Shown: positions 1 to 8,712 of the stretch, one piece after another
Layout of the letters: every line of letters begins with the position of its first letter
Position numbering within the stretch: the first letter of the stretch is position 1
DNA from: a bacterium
Lineage (GTDB): Bacteria; Bacteroidota; Ignavibacteria; Kapaibacteriales; Kapaibacteriaceae
NCBI GenBank assembly: GCA_036834845.1
Contig: DAITNB010000001.1
Span: 21,121-85,120 of the forward strand
Direction: 5' to 3'
Length of the DNA stretch: 64,000 bases
Made by a program: the position numbers and the translations under genes
The notes under the pieces: model-generated
The model's database searches: none
What the model was told of the DNA's origin: nothing
The model's input: the letters and a program-made list of their open reading frames with translations, nothing else

Positions 1-925
1 CGGTGGTATCGCAGACGTCGAGCTTCACATCGCAACGCGTGCAGAATTTGCAACCAGAAGGGAGGTTCATTATGCTTGGTACATTTCCGCTAATGGCCTT
101 GAGTCTTTCGTGCCCTTTGCGTTCCTTGCTTGGACGCGGAATGGAGTTCATCAAACCCGTGGTGTATGGGTGTTTAGGATTTGCAAACAACTCCGTAACC
201 GAAGCTACTTCCTGAATCTTCCCGCCATACATCACAATTACGCGCTGACACATTTCTGCTACCACGGCTAAATCGTGCGTGATAAGCACAATGGCCGCAT
301 CTTCGCGTCGACGTTTTAGTTCAAGCATCAACTCGAGGATTTGTGCTTGGATAGTTACGTCAAGTGCTGTTGTTGGCTCGTCTGCAATAAGCACAGAGGG
401 ATTACACGCCAATGCGATGGCAATCATCACGCGCTGGCGCATGCCACCGGAGAACTGATGCGGATAGTCGTGGACACGCTTTTCAGGGTCCGGTATACCA
501 ACAGCACGCAACATCTCCACGGCCTGCTTCGTGGCATCCTCTGCATTTAACTGAAGATGGGCCTGCAGAACCTCGGCTATCTGCATACCAACACGGAACA
601 CAGGATTCAGCGAGGTCATCGGCTCCTGAAAGATCATAGCAATCTCTCGACCGCGAATTGCATACATGTCTTCGTAAGACATCGCAACAATGTCCTTGCC
701 TTTATAGAGAATCTCGCCGCCCATTATCCTGCCCGGTGGATCGGGAATGAGCTTCATCAACGATAGTGCGGTTACGGATTTTCCCGAACCCGACTCTCCC
801 ACTATACCAAGAACCTCGCCCTTGAAGATGTCGAACGAAACACCATCAACGGCCTTGGCCCACGTACCTTCGATATTGAAGTACGTTTGAAGGTTTTTTA
901 CTTCTACGAGTTTTTCCTTTGTCAC
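1..925 (-). CDS. Oligopeptide/dipeptide-type ABC transporter ATP-binding protein (OppD/DppD/YejF-like); 3' end runs off the left window edge
   Basis: Absent from the ORF track because no stop codon lies inside the window. Hand translation of the reverse strand from GTG at 925 gives [26 protein letters not shown] (Walker A)..[12 protein letters not shown] (ABC signature)..[11 protein letters not shown] (Walker B)..ITHDL (H-loop)..[22 protein letters not shown] (Opp-type C-terminal Cys motif). It follows two permease genes and a binding-protein gene on the same strand. Confidence 0.9.
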   Translation of the reverse strand, partial: MTKEKLVEVKNLQTYFNIEGTWAKAVDGVSFDIFKGEVLGIVGESGSGKSVTALSLMKLIPDPPGRIMGGEILYKGKDIVAMSYEDMYAIRGREIAMIFQEPMTSLNPVFRVGMQIAEVLQAHLQLNAEDATKQAVEMLRAVGIPDPEKRVHDYPHQFSGGMRQRVMIAIALACNPSVLIADEPTTALDVTIQAQILELMLELKRRREDAAIVLITHDLAVVAEMCQRVIVMYGGKIQEVASVTELFANPKHPYTTGLMNSIPRPSKERKGHERLKAISGNVPSIMNLPSGCKFCTRCDVKLDVCDTT

Positions 926-961
926 GAGATCTGCCGTACGTAGTGCATTGAATGGAAACAG

Positions 962-2086
962 TTACCGCAGACGCGAAAACACTTTTGGATCGAACGCTTC
1001 CCGAATGGCCTCGCCAATAAACACTACGAGCGTAAGCGTAAGGAACATTGCTCCGAACGGTACAACCACCAACCAGTAGCGTGTGATGTTCGATAATCCA
1101 ACACCTATCATCTGTCCCCAAGATGGTGTGGGAGGGGGCATACCAAACCCTAAATAATCCAACGATACCAGTGCGCTAATTCCACCCACCAACGCAAACG
1201 GGAAGAAGGTGATAATAGGAACTAAGGTGTTGGGCAAGATGTGCTTCAAAAGGATTGTGCGCGTTGGAACGCCAATAGACACGGCCGCAGCAACGTAATC
1301 TCGCGAACGTTCTCGGTAGAACTGAGCGCGCATTTGTGTTGCAATACCAAGCCACGAGAAGATTACCAACAAGAATACCAGCAAGGCAAATGTTGGTTCT
1401 ACAAAGGACACGATGATGATGATGAGGAACAAGAACGGAAGTGCATGCCAAATCTCCATAAACCGCTGCATTATCAAATCCAACGCACCTCCAAAGTACC
1501 CCATAACGGCCCCGATAGGAATTCCAATAAGGTACTCCAAGATGGCAATTAGCAACGCAAAACTCATGGAAACCTGAAAGCCATAGGCCATACGCGAAAA
1601 CACATCTCGGCCTACGTCGTCTGTTCCAAACGTGCGCACAAACCCCTTTCCGTCGGCCTCGAATGGAGCTACAAACTTCTCGTTGCCATCTACGGTAATG
1701 TCTTCGTTGGGTCCGAATGGATAGAGTGGCATCAGGATCCAGTTTTCACTGTTTTGCGCTTCCCACGTTGCCTGCAGTTCCCGATAATTGGCTTCTGCGG
1801 TAACGCCTGTAACTCCGAATTCTTCGGCTGCGCGGAAGCTCGACGGCGCAAGGCCGTCGATAAACGTAAGCGAAGCAACGAAGTCGAGAAGTGCCGGCGA
1901 AGACCAAGATCCCTGGTAGCTGATAATAAGGGGCTTGTTGTTTACGAGCAGTGGCAACGTAAAACTCAAGGCGTAGCTTACAAGAAGAACTACCAGCGAG
2001 TAGTAACCACGGCGGATGCTCTTGAACTTTTTCCACCGACGTTGATTAATCGACATCGATGTTGATGGTGCGGTTGCTTTAGTCAT
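962..2086 (-). CDS. ABC transporter permease, OppC/DppC/YejE-like
   Basis: ORF 962..2125 is a polytopic membrane protein with an Opp-type permease loop (MRAQFYRERSRDYVAAAVSIGVPTRTILLKHILPN). I prefer the internal Met (MTKATAPS.., 2086) because it clears the stop of the upstream permease at 2091. The longest-ORF alternative is 2125. Confidence 0.85.
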   Translation of the reverse strand: MTKATAPSTSMSINQRRWKKFKSIRRGYYSLVVLLVSYALSFTLPLLVNNKPLIISYQGSWSSPALLDFVASLTFIDGLAPSSFRAAEEFGVTGVTAEANYRELQATWEAQNSENWILMPLYPFGPNEDITVDGNEKFVAPFEADGKGFVRTFGTDDVGRDVFSRMAYGFQVSMSFALLIAILEYLIGIPIGAVMGYFGGALDLIMQRFMEIWHALPFLFLIIIIVSFVEPTFALLVFLLVIFSWLGIATQMRAQFYRERSRDYVAAAVSIGVPTRTILLKHILPNTLVPIITFFPFALVGGISALVSLDYLGFGMPPPTPSWGQMIGVGLSNITRYWLVVVPFGAMFLTLTLVVFIGEAIREAFDPKVFSRLR

Positions 2087-2090
2087 GGCG

Positions 2091-3323
2091 TTACGAGAAT
2101 CGAATCCGTGGGTCAACCAAGGCAAGCATAAAATCGGAGATGATGCTTCCTACAAGCGTTATGATGATGTTTATAACGGCAAACGCAAAAAACACTGCTT
2201 GATCTCTCTGACCAATTGCTTCGAACGAAAGTCTGCCAATTCCATCAATGTTAAAGGCATACTCAACCAGATAATTTCCTGCCAGAAAGATTCCAATGAT
2301 TCCGCCAATCGACGCAACGAGTGGGATGATGGAGTTCCGCATGGCATGCATCCACACCACTCGTTCCTCACGAATCCCTTTCGCGTACGCGGTACGAATG
2401 TAGTCCTGACCCATGGTCTCGAGAAGAGAGTTCTTCATCAAAAGGGTTACGGATGCAAATCCACCAAGTGTGTAGGCAATGGTTGGGAGCACGAAGTACC
2501 ATATGCGATCGCCGATCTTTTCGAGAATCGAGATGCTCTCGTAGTCGGTAGACTGAAAACCACCCGTTGGGAACCACGCCAGTGCAGAGCCCCCTCCTAG
2601 AAGAACGAGAAGTACGGCACCGAGTGCCCATCCAGGAACGGAAAAGGCAATGAACACCATACTCGAGCTAACCACATCGAACTTGCTGCCATGACGCAGC
2701 GCCTTTTGGGTTCCCAGGTAAAAGCACACAACGTACGTGATTACGAAACTTATCAGACCAAACTGCATCGACACAGGGAGCCGCTCTGCAATGAGTTCGG
2801 TAACGGGCTTGCGGTAGCGTTCGGATCTACCAAAGTCGAAGGTCAAAATACCGGACACTCCTACTTGATACACCCACACGTGGCCGTCCTTCAGCGATGG
2901 GTCCACGTACCAGTCTGCAAGTGGCTCGTTGTTGTCGCTTCGGTACACGGCGTACGAGCCATCTGCCCCCTTGCGCACTATCACGCGAAGGCCGCCACCA
3001 ACCCCCTGCGGTGTGTCTACCTGCGCAAGGTAATCGTTCACCGGACGCGACATAACGCCAAGCCATATCAGGTAGCGCTTCCAGATGGGCTCGTTAACTT
3101 GATAGTAGCGTTGGAGAGCTTCGAGCTGACTGGGTGGAATCGACATCATTTCGGTGCCTAATGCGGAACCGCCACCTTCAGAACCCTGACCCTTTCGAAG
3201 CGCATTCAACTGCTGCTCGTAGGGTCCGCCCGGCGCGAACTGCACAATAAAGAACACCACAACTGTAGAGCCAATGAACGTTGGAATGGCCAACAGTAAC
3301 CGTCGGATGATGTATTGAAGCAT
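2091..3323 (-). CDS. ABC transporter permease, OppB/DppB/YejB-like
   Basis: 410 aa. The N-terminus MLQYIIRRLLLAIPTFIGSTVVVFFIVQ is typical of OppB-type permeases, and there is an EAA-like loop (DYIRTAYAKGIREERVVWMHAMRNS). A long periplasmic-loop insertion sits between the first two hydrophobic segments. Confidence 0.85.
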   Translation of the reverse strand: MLQYIIRRLLLAIPTFIGSTVVVFFIVQFAPGGPYEQQLNALRKGQGSEGGGSALGTEMMSIPPSQLEALQRYYQVNEPIWKRYLIWLGVMSRPVNDYLAQVDTPQGVGGGLRVIVRKGADGSYAVYRSDNNEPLADWYVDPSLKDGHVWVYQVGVSGILTFDFGRSERYRKPVTELIAERLPVSMQFGLISFVITYVVCFYLGTQKALRHGSKFDVVSSSMVFIAFSVPGWALGAVLLVLLGGGSALAWFPTGGFQSTDYESISILEKIGDRIWYFVLPTIAYTLGGFASVTLLMKNSLLETMGQDYIRTAYAKGIREERVVWMHAMRNSIIPLVASIGGIIGIFLAGNYLVEYAFNIDGIGRLSFEAIGQRDQAVFFAFAVINIIITLVGSIISDFMLALVDPRIRFS

Positions 3324-3341
3324 CGGTGTTTCGGATAGAGG

Positions 3342-5312
3342 TTACTTCGACTCGGAGAAGTTCTTCCAGAACCGGAACTCGACGATCTCCTTGTTTCCGC
3401 CAAGATCCTTCTTGTTCTTGCGGGCATCTTCCAAGGCAGCAATCTTTTCAGGATCGGCCCACCAGGTAAGTCCGGCGGCACTGAATACATAGCTGAGTTG
3501 GGTGTATCTGCTGATGCCATATTCCGGCATTCCAAACTTATCCCAAACGGCCAAACGTATTCCCTTGGGATTCCACCAATGACTGCGCATCCAGTAGGAA
3601 TGGCAAATCGCGTCGATCTCGTTGATAATCTTAATCTGTCCGGCAACACTAAAGGTTGTGTCGTAAATCGGCAGCAACTCATCAACACGGGCGTTTTTAA
3701 AGCCCTGGATGTTGTTGTTGTTGTTCTGGTCTGCCAACGATCCCTTGAGGGATGTTTCTGGGTTTGGCGTAATTAAACCCGAATAGCCATAACCAAAGAT
3801 CTGGAAGTTCCGCTCGTCGATATTCTTGATAATCGAGTTCCAGTCCATCAACTTCAGCCGAAGATCGATACCAAGATTTCGCAGTTCTTGCTGATACGGC
3901 GTCATAAACCGCTCTTCCATCTTCGTTATCGCCATTTCGATCACAAACGGTTTGCCGTTTTTCACGAGCAGACCATCGCTGTTCCGAGAGGTCCACCCTG
4001 CCTCTGCAAGCAGAGCGGCGGCCTTGGCCGGATCGTATGGCGTCTTGGGGATGGTAGTGCTGGCGTAAGGGGTGTTCGGATAGTCCGTATCGAACACTTC
4101 GTACTCGTTGTACAGAAGCTTCTCTACAACGGTCTCACGCGGATATGCAAGGATAAATGCCTGGCGCACTCGGATGTCGTCGAACGGGGGCTTCCGCATA
4201 TTGAACGTAACGCCCTGTGTTCCCATTGGACCATTGTTGAAGAACCGATACCGGCGAACCCAGCCATTTTTGATCGCTTCGTAATCGGTGTCTTTAATCC
4301 ACTTCTCGGTGGTAGCCATGTTGAAGCGGAACAGATCAATTTCTCCTGCCTTGAACTTCTCGTACAGGAGGTTGGGGTTATCCTTTACTACAAGGTAGTT
4401 AATGTAGTCGAAGTTTGCGCCATACTTCGCCGTTGGATAGTCTGCAGCCCAGTAATCCGGACGCCGCGTTAGGCGCCAGCCATTGCCGGCCTTGATGTCT
4501 TTTTCGTTCAAATAATATGGACCGGTACCAGCAGGCATGTTGAAGTTATACTTCTCGAGAAACTCTTTACCGGTAAGCGCACCAATTTCATGGTCTGGGT
4601 AGATAATAAGGGCCGTGCCGAAGTAGAGGAGATTCCGAAAGTTCACCGTCTTTGCGGTTACCTGTACAATGTACTTCGAGATTGCTACCGGCTCTTCGAA
4701 CTTCTCGTATACCAAACTCGCTGCCGGTTCTAAGATGCCGGGATCTACCATGAGTTTCCATGAAGCAACCACGTCCCTGGCAACAACCGGTTTGCCGTCT
4801 GACCAACGAGCGTTTGGATCGATACGGAAGGTAAATGTCTTCTTATCTGGACTCACCTTCCAGTGCGACGCCAGAGATGGCATGTATTCGCGGCTAACAG
4901 GATGTTGAGCCAGTAGCGTTTCGTAGATGTATCCCTTGATCTCTGTGTTCACAACGAGTGACGAGTGTTGACCTTCAGGACGGAATGTTGTGGGGAACGT
5001 CATTTCACCGATGGTAATCTCGCCACCCTTTACTGCACGAGAATCGCCGAAGTACTTCATCTCATCGTCCTTCACCACATAGGTGCTGTAGCCAAGCTGC
5101 TCGGCGATCTTTTCGAAGCCGGCACCGCCAAGCGTATCCGGCACCGAAGGGTCCGCCCCGGGTGGAGTATCATACTTCTTCCATACGTTTTTAATGTCCG
5201 ACGCAGTATTAGACGCTGCTCCTCGTCTGCAGCCCGTTCCAAAGGCAACTACAACAAATGCGAGAATGGTTGCAACAGACAAAATTTTGCCGAATCGTTG
5301 GAATCGAAGCAT
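3342..5312 (-). CDS. Extracellular solute-binding protein, family 5 (OppA/YejA-like), probable lipoprotein
   Basis: The ORF track gives 3342..5696. The first 128 codons overlap the divergent gene and lack a signal peptide. The internal Met at 5312 starts MLRFQRFGKILSVATILAFVVVAFGTGC (signal peptide plus Cys). The body is a large SBP_bac_5-like protein (..WSDGKPVVARDVVASW.., ..NMRKPPFDDIRVRQAF..). A TATATTTG box lies 41 nt upstream. Confidence 0.85.
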   Translation of the reverse strand: MLRFQRFGKILSVATILAFVVVAFGTGCRRGAASNTASDIKNVWKKYDTPPGADPSVPDTLGGAGFEKIAEQLGYSTYVVKDDEMKYFGDSRAVKGGEITIGEMTFPTTFRPEGQHSSLVVNTEIKGYIYETLLAQHPVSREYMPSLASHWKVSPDKKTFTFRIDPNARWSDGKPVVARDVVASWKLMVDPGILEPAASLVYEKFEEPVAISKYIVQVTAKTVNFRNLLYFGTALIIYPDHEIGALTGKEFLEKYNFNMPAGTGPYYLNEKDIKAGNGWRLTRRPDYWAADYPTAKYGANFDYINYLVVKDNPNLLYEKFKAGEIDLFRFNMATTEKWIKDTDYEAIKNGWVRRYRFFNNGPMGTQGVTFNMRKPPFDDIRVRQAFILAYPRETVVEKLLYNEYEVFDTDYPNTPYASTTIPKTPYDPAKAAALLAEAGWTSRNSDGLLVKNGKPFVIEMAITKMEERFMTPYQQELRNLGIDLRLKLMDWNSIIKNIDERNFQIFGYGYSGLITPNPETSLKGSLADQNNNNNIQGFKNARVDELLPIYDTTFSVAGQIKIINEIDAICHSYWMRSHWWNPKGIRLAVWDKFGMPEYGISRYTQLSYVFSAAGLTWWADPEKIAALEDARKNKKDLGGNKEIVEFRFWKNFSESK

Positions 5313-5353
5313 GGATCTCCTCAAGGATGTGGTTTCATGTTCAGACCGAGGGG

Positions 5354-5361
5354 CAAATATA
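5354..5361 (-). promoter_or_regulatory. Bacteroides-type -7 promoter box TATATTTG upstream of the peptide-transporter operon
   Basis: Perfect match to TAnnTTTG on the minus strand, 41 nt upstream of the ATG at 5312. It is one of a recurring set in this window. Confidence 0.4.
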
Positions 5362-5421
5362 CATTCCACACTCCCGCTTCCCCACGTTTGCGCAAAGGCC
5401 CTGCTTCTCGTACCTTGTGGC

Positions 5422-6351
5422 ATGCAAACCTTCCTACCCGAAGATCTGTCCCATAGAGACAGGCACCAGTTGCTCCTTAGTGGAGTTTCGCCCCGCCCTA
5501 TCGCCTTTGTTACCTCTGTAGATACTGCTGGCATCGTTAACCTTAGCCCGTTCTCGTTCTTCAATGCCTTTGCCTCCAAGCCCCCTATCGTGGCCATTGG
5601 GCCTGCCATTGGGGCAAAATCCGGCAAGGCAAAACACACTCTCCTGAATATCCTGGCTACGGGCGAGTGTACCATCAGCACCGTGTCGTATTCCATGGTT
5701 CATGCCATGAACCTTACGGCTGCCGAGTACCCCAACGAGGTTGATGAATACGTTCAATCGGGGTTTACGAAACGTGCCTCCACCTTCGTTGCTCCTCCAA
5801 GTGTAGCAGAGTCTGCATACACAATGGAGTGCAAACTCATGGAAAACATCGAGTTACGGAGAGACATTGGTGGCAATGGTAATATCATGCTTTTAGAGGT
5901 TGTTGCTTTTCACGTAGCAGACAGCGTTCTGGTAGATGGAAAGGTAGACCCGCGCAGACTCGACCTGGTTGGCAGGATGGGTATGGCATATTATTCTCGC
6001 ACCACCGACATCTTTGAGGCAGTACAGCCACCGCATCTGCCCATAGGTATGGAAGCGCTCCCCGATCATATACGAACAAGCCCGGTTCTTACGGGAAACG
6101 AGCTTGCGCAACTTGCCTATGTGCCTGTTTTACCGATGCTCGATGGTTCGTTTCCACGGTTCGACGACGGGTTCCGGGCAGACTTCCTAGAAATCGAGCT
6201 CGAGTATGGCAGACCCGAAGGCGCCTTGTATGTATGGCTGCAAACGGCGGATCATTCAGATAGAGTTTCGCTGCACCGCATCGCGCAGCAGTTCATTCGA
6301 AGGGGGCAGATTGCCGAGGCATGGCAAACGCTGCTTCTCGACTATAACTAA
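5422..6351 (+). CDS. Flavin reductase-like (FMN-binding split-barrel) domain protein with a roughly 100-aa C-terminal extension
   Basis: ORF 5194..6351. I start it at MQTFLPEDL (5422) because upstream codons overlap the SBP gene. Motifs RPIAFVTSVD..GIVNLSPFSFFN..PPIVAI..KHTLLNILATGECTIS..VDPRRLDLVGRMG..YY are typical of the flavin reductase-like family. I do not recognise any family in the last ~100 aa. Confidence 0.7.
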   Translation: MQTFLPEDLSHRDRHQLLLSGVSPRPIAFVTSVDTAGIVNLSPFSFFNAFASKPPIVAIGPAIGAKSGKAKHTLLNILATGECTISTVSYSMVHAMNLTAAEYPNEVDEYVQSGFTKRASTFVAPPSVAESAYTMECKLMENIELRRDIGGNGNIMLLEVVAFHVADSVLVDGKVDPRRLDLVGRMGMAYYSRTTDIFEAVQPPHLPIGMEALPDHIRTSPVLTGNELAQLAYVPVLPMLDGSFPRFDDGFRADFLEIELEYGRPEGALYVWLQTADHSDRVSLHRIAQQFIRRGQIAEAWQTLLLDYN

Positions 6352-6353
6352 CG

Positions 6354-6833
6354 CTACGCCACGGGTTCGATGGTGCACAACAGCGCACCTTTTTCGAATG
6401 CTACTCCTTCGTTGGCGGTAACGTTACGCACCGTGCCTGCCACGGGAGTCTTAATCGCGTTTTCCATCTTCATGGCTTCGAGCGTAAAAAGGGTGTCGCC
6501 CTTTTTTACAGTAGCACCGTCTTTTGTAAGTACGGCTTTCAACAAACCGGGCATTGGTGCACTAATCTTTACCACACGCGACTGCTGAGCGGGCGACGCT
6601 TTAAGGATAGCAAGTAACGCGTTAACATTGGCTTCCAGTACCGTACATCGGTAGGCATATCCATTAATCGTAACGGTAACGCCGGCAATACCATCAGACT
6701 GGATATGAACAGGAATGTTCTTGGTACCGCTTGTGTAACGCCACACATGGGGCGTGGCAGTTGGGGTTAACTCCAAGGCGCGAACACATCGTTCAACGCC
6801 ATCGAGTTCACTTGTTACGATACACTGACTCAT
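6354..6833 (-). CDS. Biotin/lipoyl attachment domain protein (biotin carboxyl carrier-like)
   Basis: The C-terminal 70 aa read ISAPMPGLLKAVLTKDGATVKKGDTLFTLEAMKMENAIKTPVAGTV.., with the biotinylation motif EAMKM. I could not assign the N-terminal half. Confidence 0.8.
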   Translation of the reverse strand: MSQCIVTSELDGVERCVRALELTPTATPHVWRYTSGTKNIPVHIQSDGIAGVTVTINGYAYRCTVLEANVNALLAILKASPAQQSRVVKISAPMPGLLKAVLTKDGATVKKGDTLFTLEAMKMENAIKTPVAGTVRNVTANEGVAFEKGALLCTIEPVA

Positions 6834-6856
6834 TCTTGTTCCTTAAAAAGCAGTTG

Positions 6857-6864
6857 CAAAGATA
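6857..6864 (-). promoter_or_regulatory. -7 promoter box TATCTTTG upstream of the biotinyl-protein gene
   Basis: Perfect TAnnTTTG on the minus strand, 23 nt upstream of the ATG at 6833, inside a 44-nt intergenic gap. Confidence 0.35.
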
Positions 6865-6877
6865 CTCCGCGCCGCTG

Positions 6878-8125
6878 TTAGAGGGGCTTGCAGGTAAGTA
6901 AAAAGAGTCGTCCGGTTACAAGTCCAAGGGCCATAAAACTTTTTGATTGTTTGTTGTAGACTGCCGGACCCATAACGTCGCACATTTTTCCGAGCCGCAG
7001 AATGTTTGTTTCAACATTCACGTAGGCCAACGTTGTTGCGCTGGGCCATGCTACGGCGGTGTTGGAATTATCAAGAAGCAACGGAACGGTTAGGTTTACG
7101 GATCCTTTTACCCAATGTCGTTTTCCATTAATACAGACAAATGGATCGCCATCTACGCCACCGTAGCAGAGAGTACCCCCGTCATTCGAAAAGGCCAAGG
7201 GTCCGGTTTGTTTCCCGGCAGGATACATTGCCCCATTGTAGAGCACCATGGGATTGCCGTTGAGAATAACCTTTGCTGCCACAAGGGCCTCAACAGGCGA
7301 AATCACTACGCCGGCTGCGTGTTCTAATGGAACACTCATCCATGGGTTATTCATTTCTGCGGAGTAACAATACACACGCTGAAAACCAGCAGCGTCCAAC
7401 GCAGCCCAGGCACACGCCGTGCCGTTGGTATTTACCATCAACTGCGATACGGCTGCCAGTGAGGGGGCTATCTCTTGCGTTCCCGCATATACCCACCAAC
7501 GCAGCCCAAACTTGCGCGCATGAACAACGGAGCCGTCCGCGAGTATGCCACCGAGCAACACGTCATCGGCGATGGCCGCTTCTCGTCCATTCACAAGTAG
7601 GGCAAACTGAGTGCCTCGAGATTCAACCCACGCCACGATGGTACCTGTTGGATCGGAACATAAACCTTGTGGTGCAGACGCACAGCGGTACGATTGTTGA
7701 AACGTTGATATGCGCATGTCTGCGCCGTTTCCATGAATCCACCATGGCGTGCTCGACATCGAAGGCAAATACGTGTCATAGAGTACGTCTCCTTCGAGGG
7801 GTATCGAGTCTTCGATTGTGCGCACCACCCATCTACCCTGCACCTTAACGGAGGCCGCAAAGTTCGAACCATCGAATGAGAACCGGGGGTTCAGTACCGA
7901 TTCGTACGGACCGTAGGCTTTACCGTCTACAATCAATCCCATGAGATCTTCAAAGGGCTGGGTAACAGCCCACCAATGACCCGTTGAATCCAGATTCATG
8001 GTGCGTACCCGCTCTACAGCGTCTAAGAGAAGCACATCCGTGCACTCTTGTGCCGCTAGGGGCATTGCCGCAGTAACGCAGCACGCACACATTGCCATGC
8101 GAATCCAGAAGCCCAAATGTTTCAT
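6878..8125 (-). CDS. Hypothetical secreted repeat protein
   Basis: 415 aa with an N-terminal signal peptide (..CVTAAMPLAAQE). It contains loosely repeated units of the form (V/I)xGKxx..(F/L)SxDG..(W)VV, e.g. IVDGKAYGPYESVLNPRFSFDGSNFAASVKVQGRWVV, LVNGREAAI..ADGSVVHARKFGLRWWVY and LAFSNDGGTLCYGGVDGDPFVCINGKRHWV. I could not name a family with confidence. Its start overlaps the upstream stop (ATGA at 8122-8125). Confidence 0.6.
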   Translation of the reverse strand: MKHLGFWIRMAMCACCVTAAMPLAAQECTDVLLLDAVERVRTMNLDSTGHWWAVTQPFEDLMGLIVDGKAYGPYESVLNPRFSFDGSNFAASVKVQGRWVVRTIEDSIPLEGDVLYDTYLPSMSSTPWWIHGNGADMRISTFQQSYRCASAPQGLCSDPTGTIVAWVESRGTQFALLVNGREAAIADDVLLGGILADGSVVHARKFGLRWWVYAGTQEIAPSLAAVSQLMVNTNGTACAWAALDAAGFQRVYCYSAEMNNPWMSVPLEHAAGVVISPVEALVAAKVILNGNPMVLYNGAMYPAGKQTGPLAFSNDGGTLCYGGVDGDPFVCINGKRHWVKGSVNLTVPLLLDNSNTAVAWPSATTLAYVNVETNILRLGKMCDVMGPAVYNKQSKSFMALGLVTGRLFLLTCKPL

Positions 8126-8712
8126 TCAACGCTCTCCAGACGTGTGTACCATCGTTCCTCGGTTGCTACTCTGTGAAGGAACACATCATGTGATTCCGGA
8201 AGCAGTAATGGTTCTCGCTGACACTCATACGCCAATCCAATGCGGAAGGCAGTACACTGAGAAAGAAACTTGTCGTAATACCCCTTACCGTACCCCAAAC
8301 GATGACAATCGTTGTTAAAGGCCACCACCGGAACTACAACAGCAGTATCCACACCAAAGAACGAAGGGTTCGTTATTACATCATCCGCCGATTGTGGCAC
8401 TGGTTCCGAAATGCCAAATGCCCCCTCTCGCCACTGCGTCTGCCACGTTACCCTGCAATGATGAAGCACACCCGTGCCAGGAGGAACAAAGGGCACATAT
8501 ACTTGCTTGCCGGTGCCCCATGCATATTCCATAAACGGCGTTGTTTCTACTTCGTGTCGCACAGACCGATAGACGTGAACGACGTTGGCCAATTGAAATG
8601 CCGATGTTTTATGTGCGCGTTCAAAAATCAACTGGTCGAACAAACTGCGATCGTCGTTGGAAATCTCTGCTCTGCGTTGGAGAAACTTTGCTCGTATGTC
8701 CGCCTTAGTCAT
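8122..8712 (-). CDS. 5-formyltetrahydrofolate cyclo-ligase (MTHFS)
   Basis: KADIRAKFLQRRAEIS.. N-terminus and the C-terminal LGYGKGYYDKFL motif of the MTHFS family. I prefer the start at MTKADIR (8712), which overlaps the EamA stop by 8 nt. The longest ORF starts at 8754. Confidence 0.85.
   Translation of the reverse strand: MTKADIRAKFLQRRAEISNDDRSLFDQLIFERAHKTSAFQLANVVHVYRSVRHEVETTPFMEYAWGTGKQVYVPFVPPGTGVLHHCRVTWQTQWREGAFGISEPVPQSADDVITNPSFFGVDTAVVVPVVAFNNDCHRLGYGKGYYDKFLSQCTAFRIGLAYECQREPLLLPESHDVFLHRVATEERWYTRLESVE

Noticed and set aside
5194-5696. Long N-terminal extensions of both divergent ORFs (SBP to 5696, flavin reductase from 5194) that overlap each other by about 500 nt
   Set aside because: The internal Met at 5312 gives a textbook signal peptide with Cys. 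The internal Met at 5422 starts just before the flavin-reductase homology. A TATATTTG box lies in the resulting 109-bp intergenic region. The extensions have no homology features.
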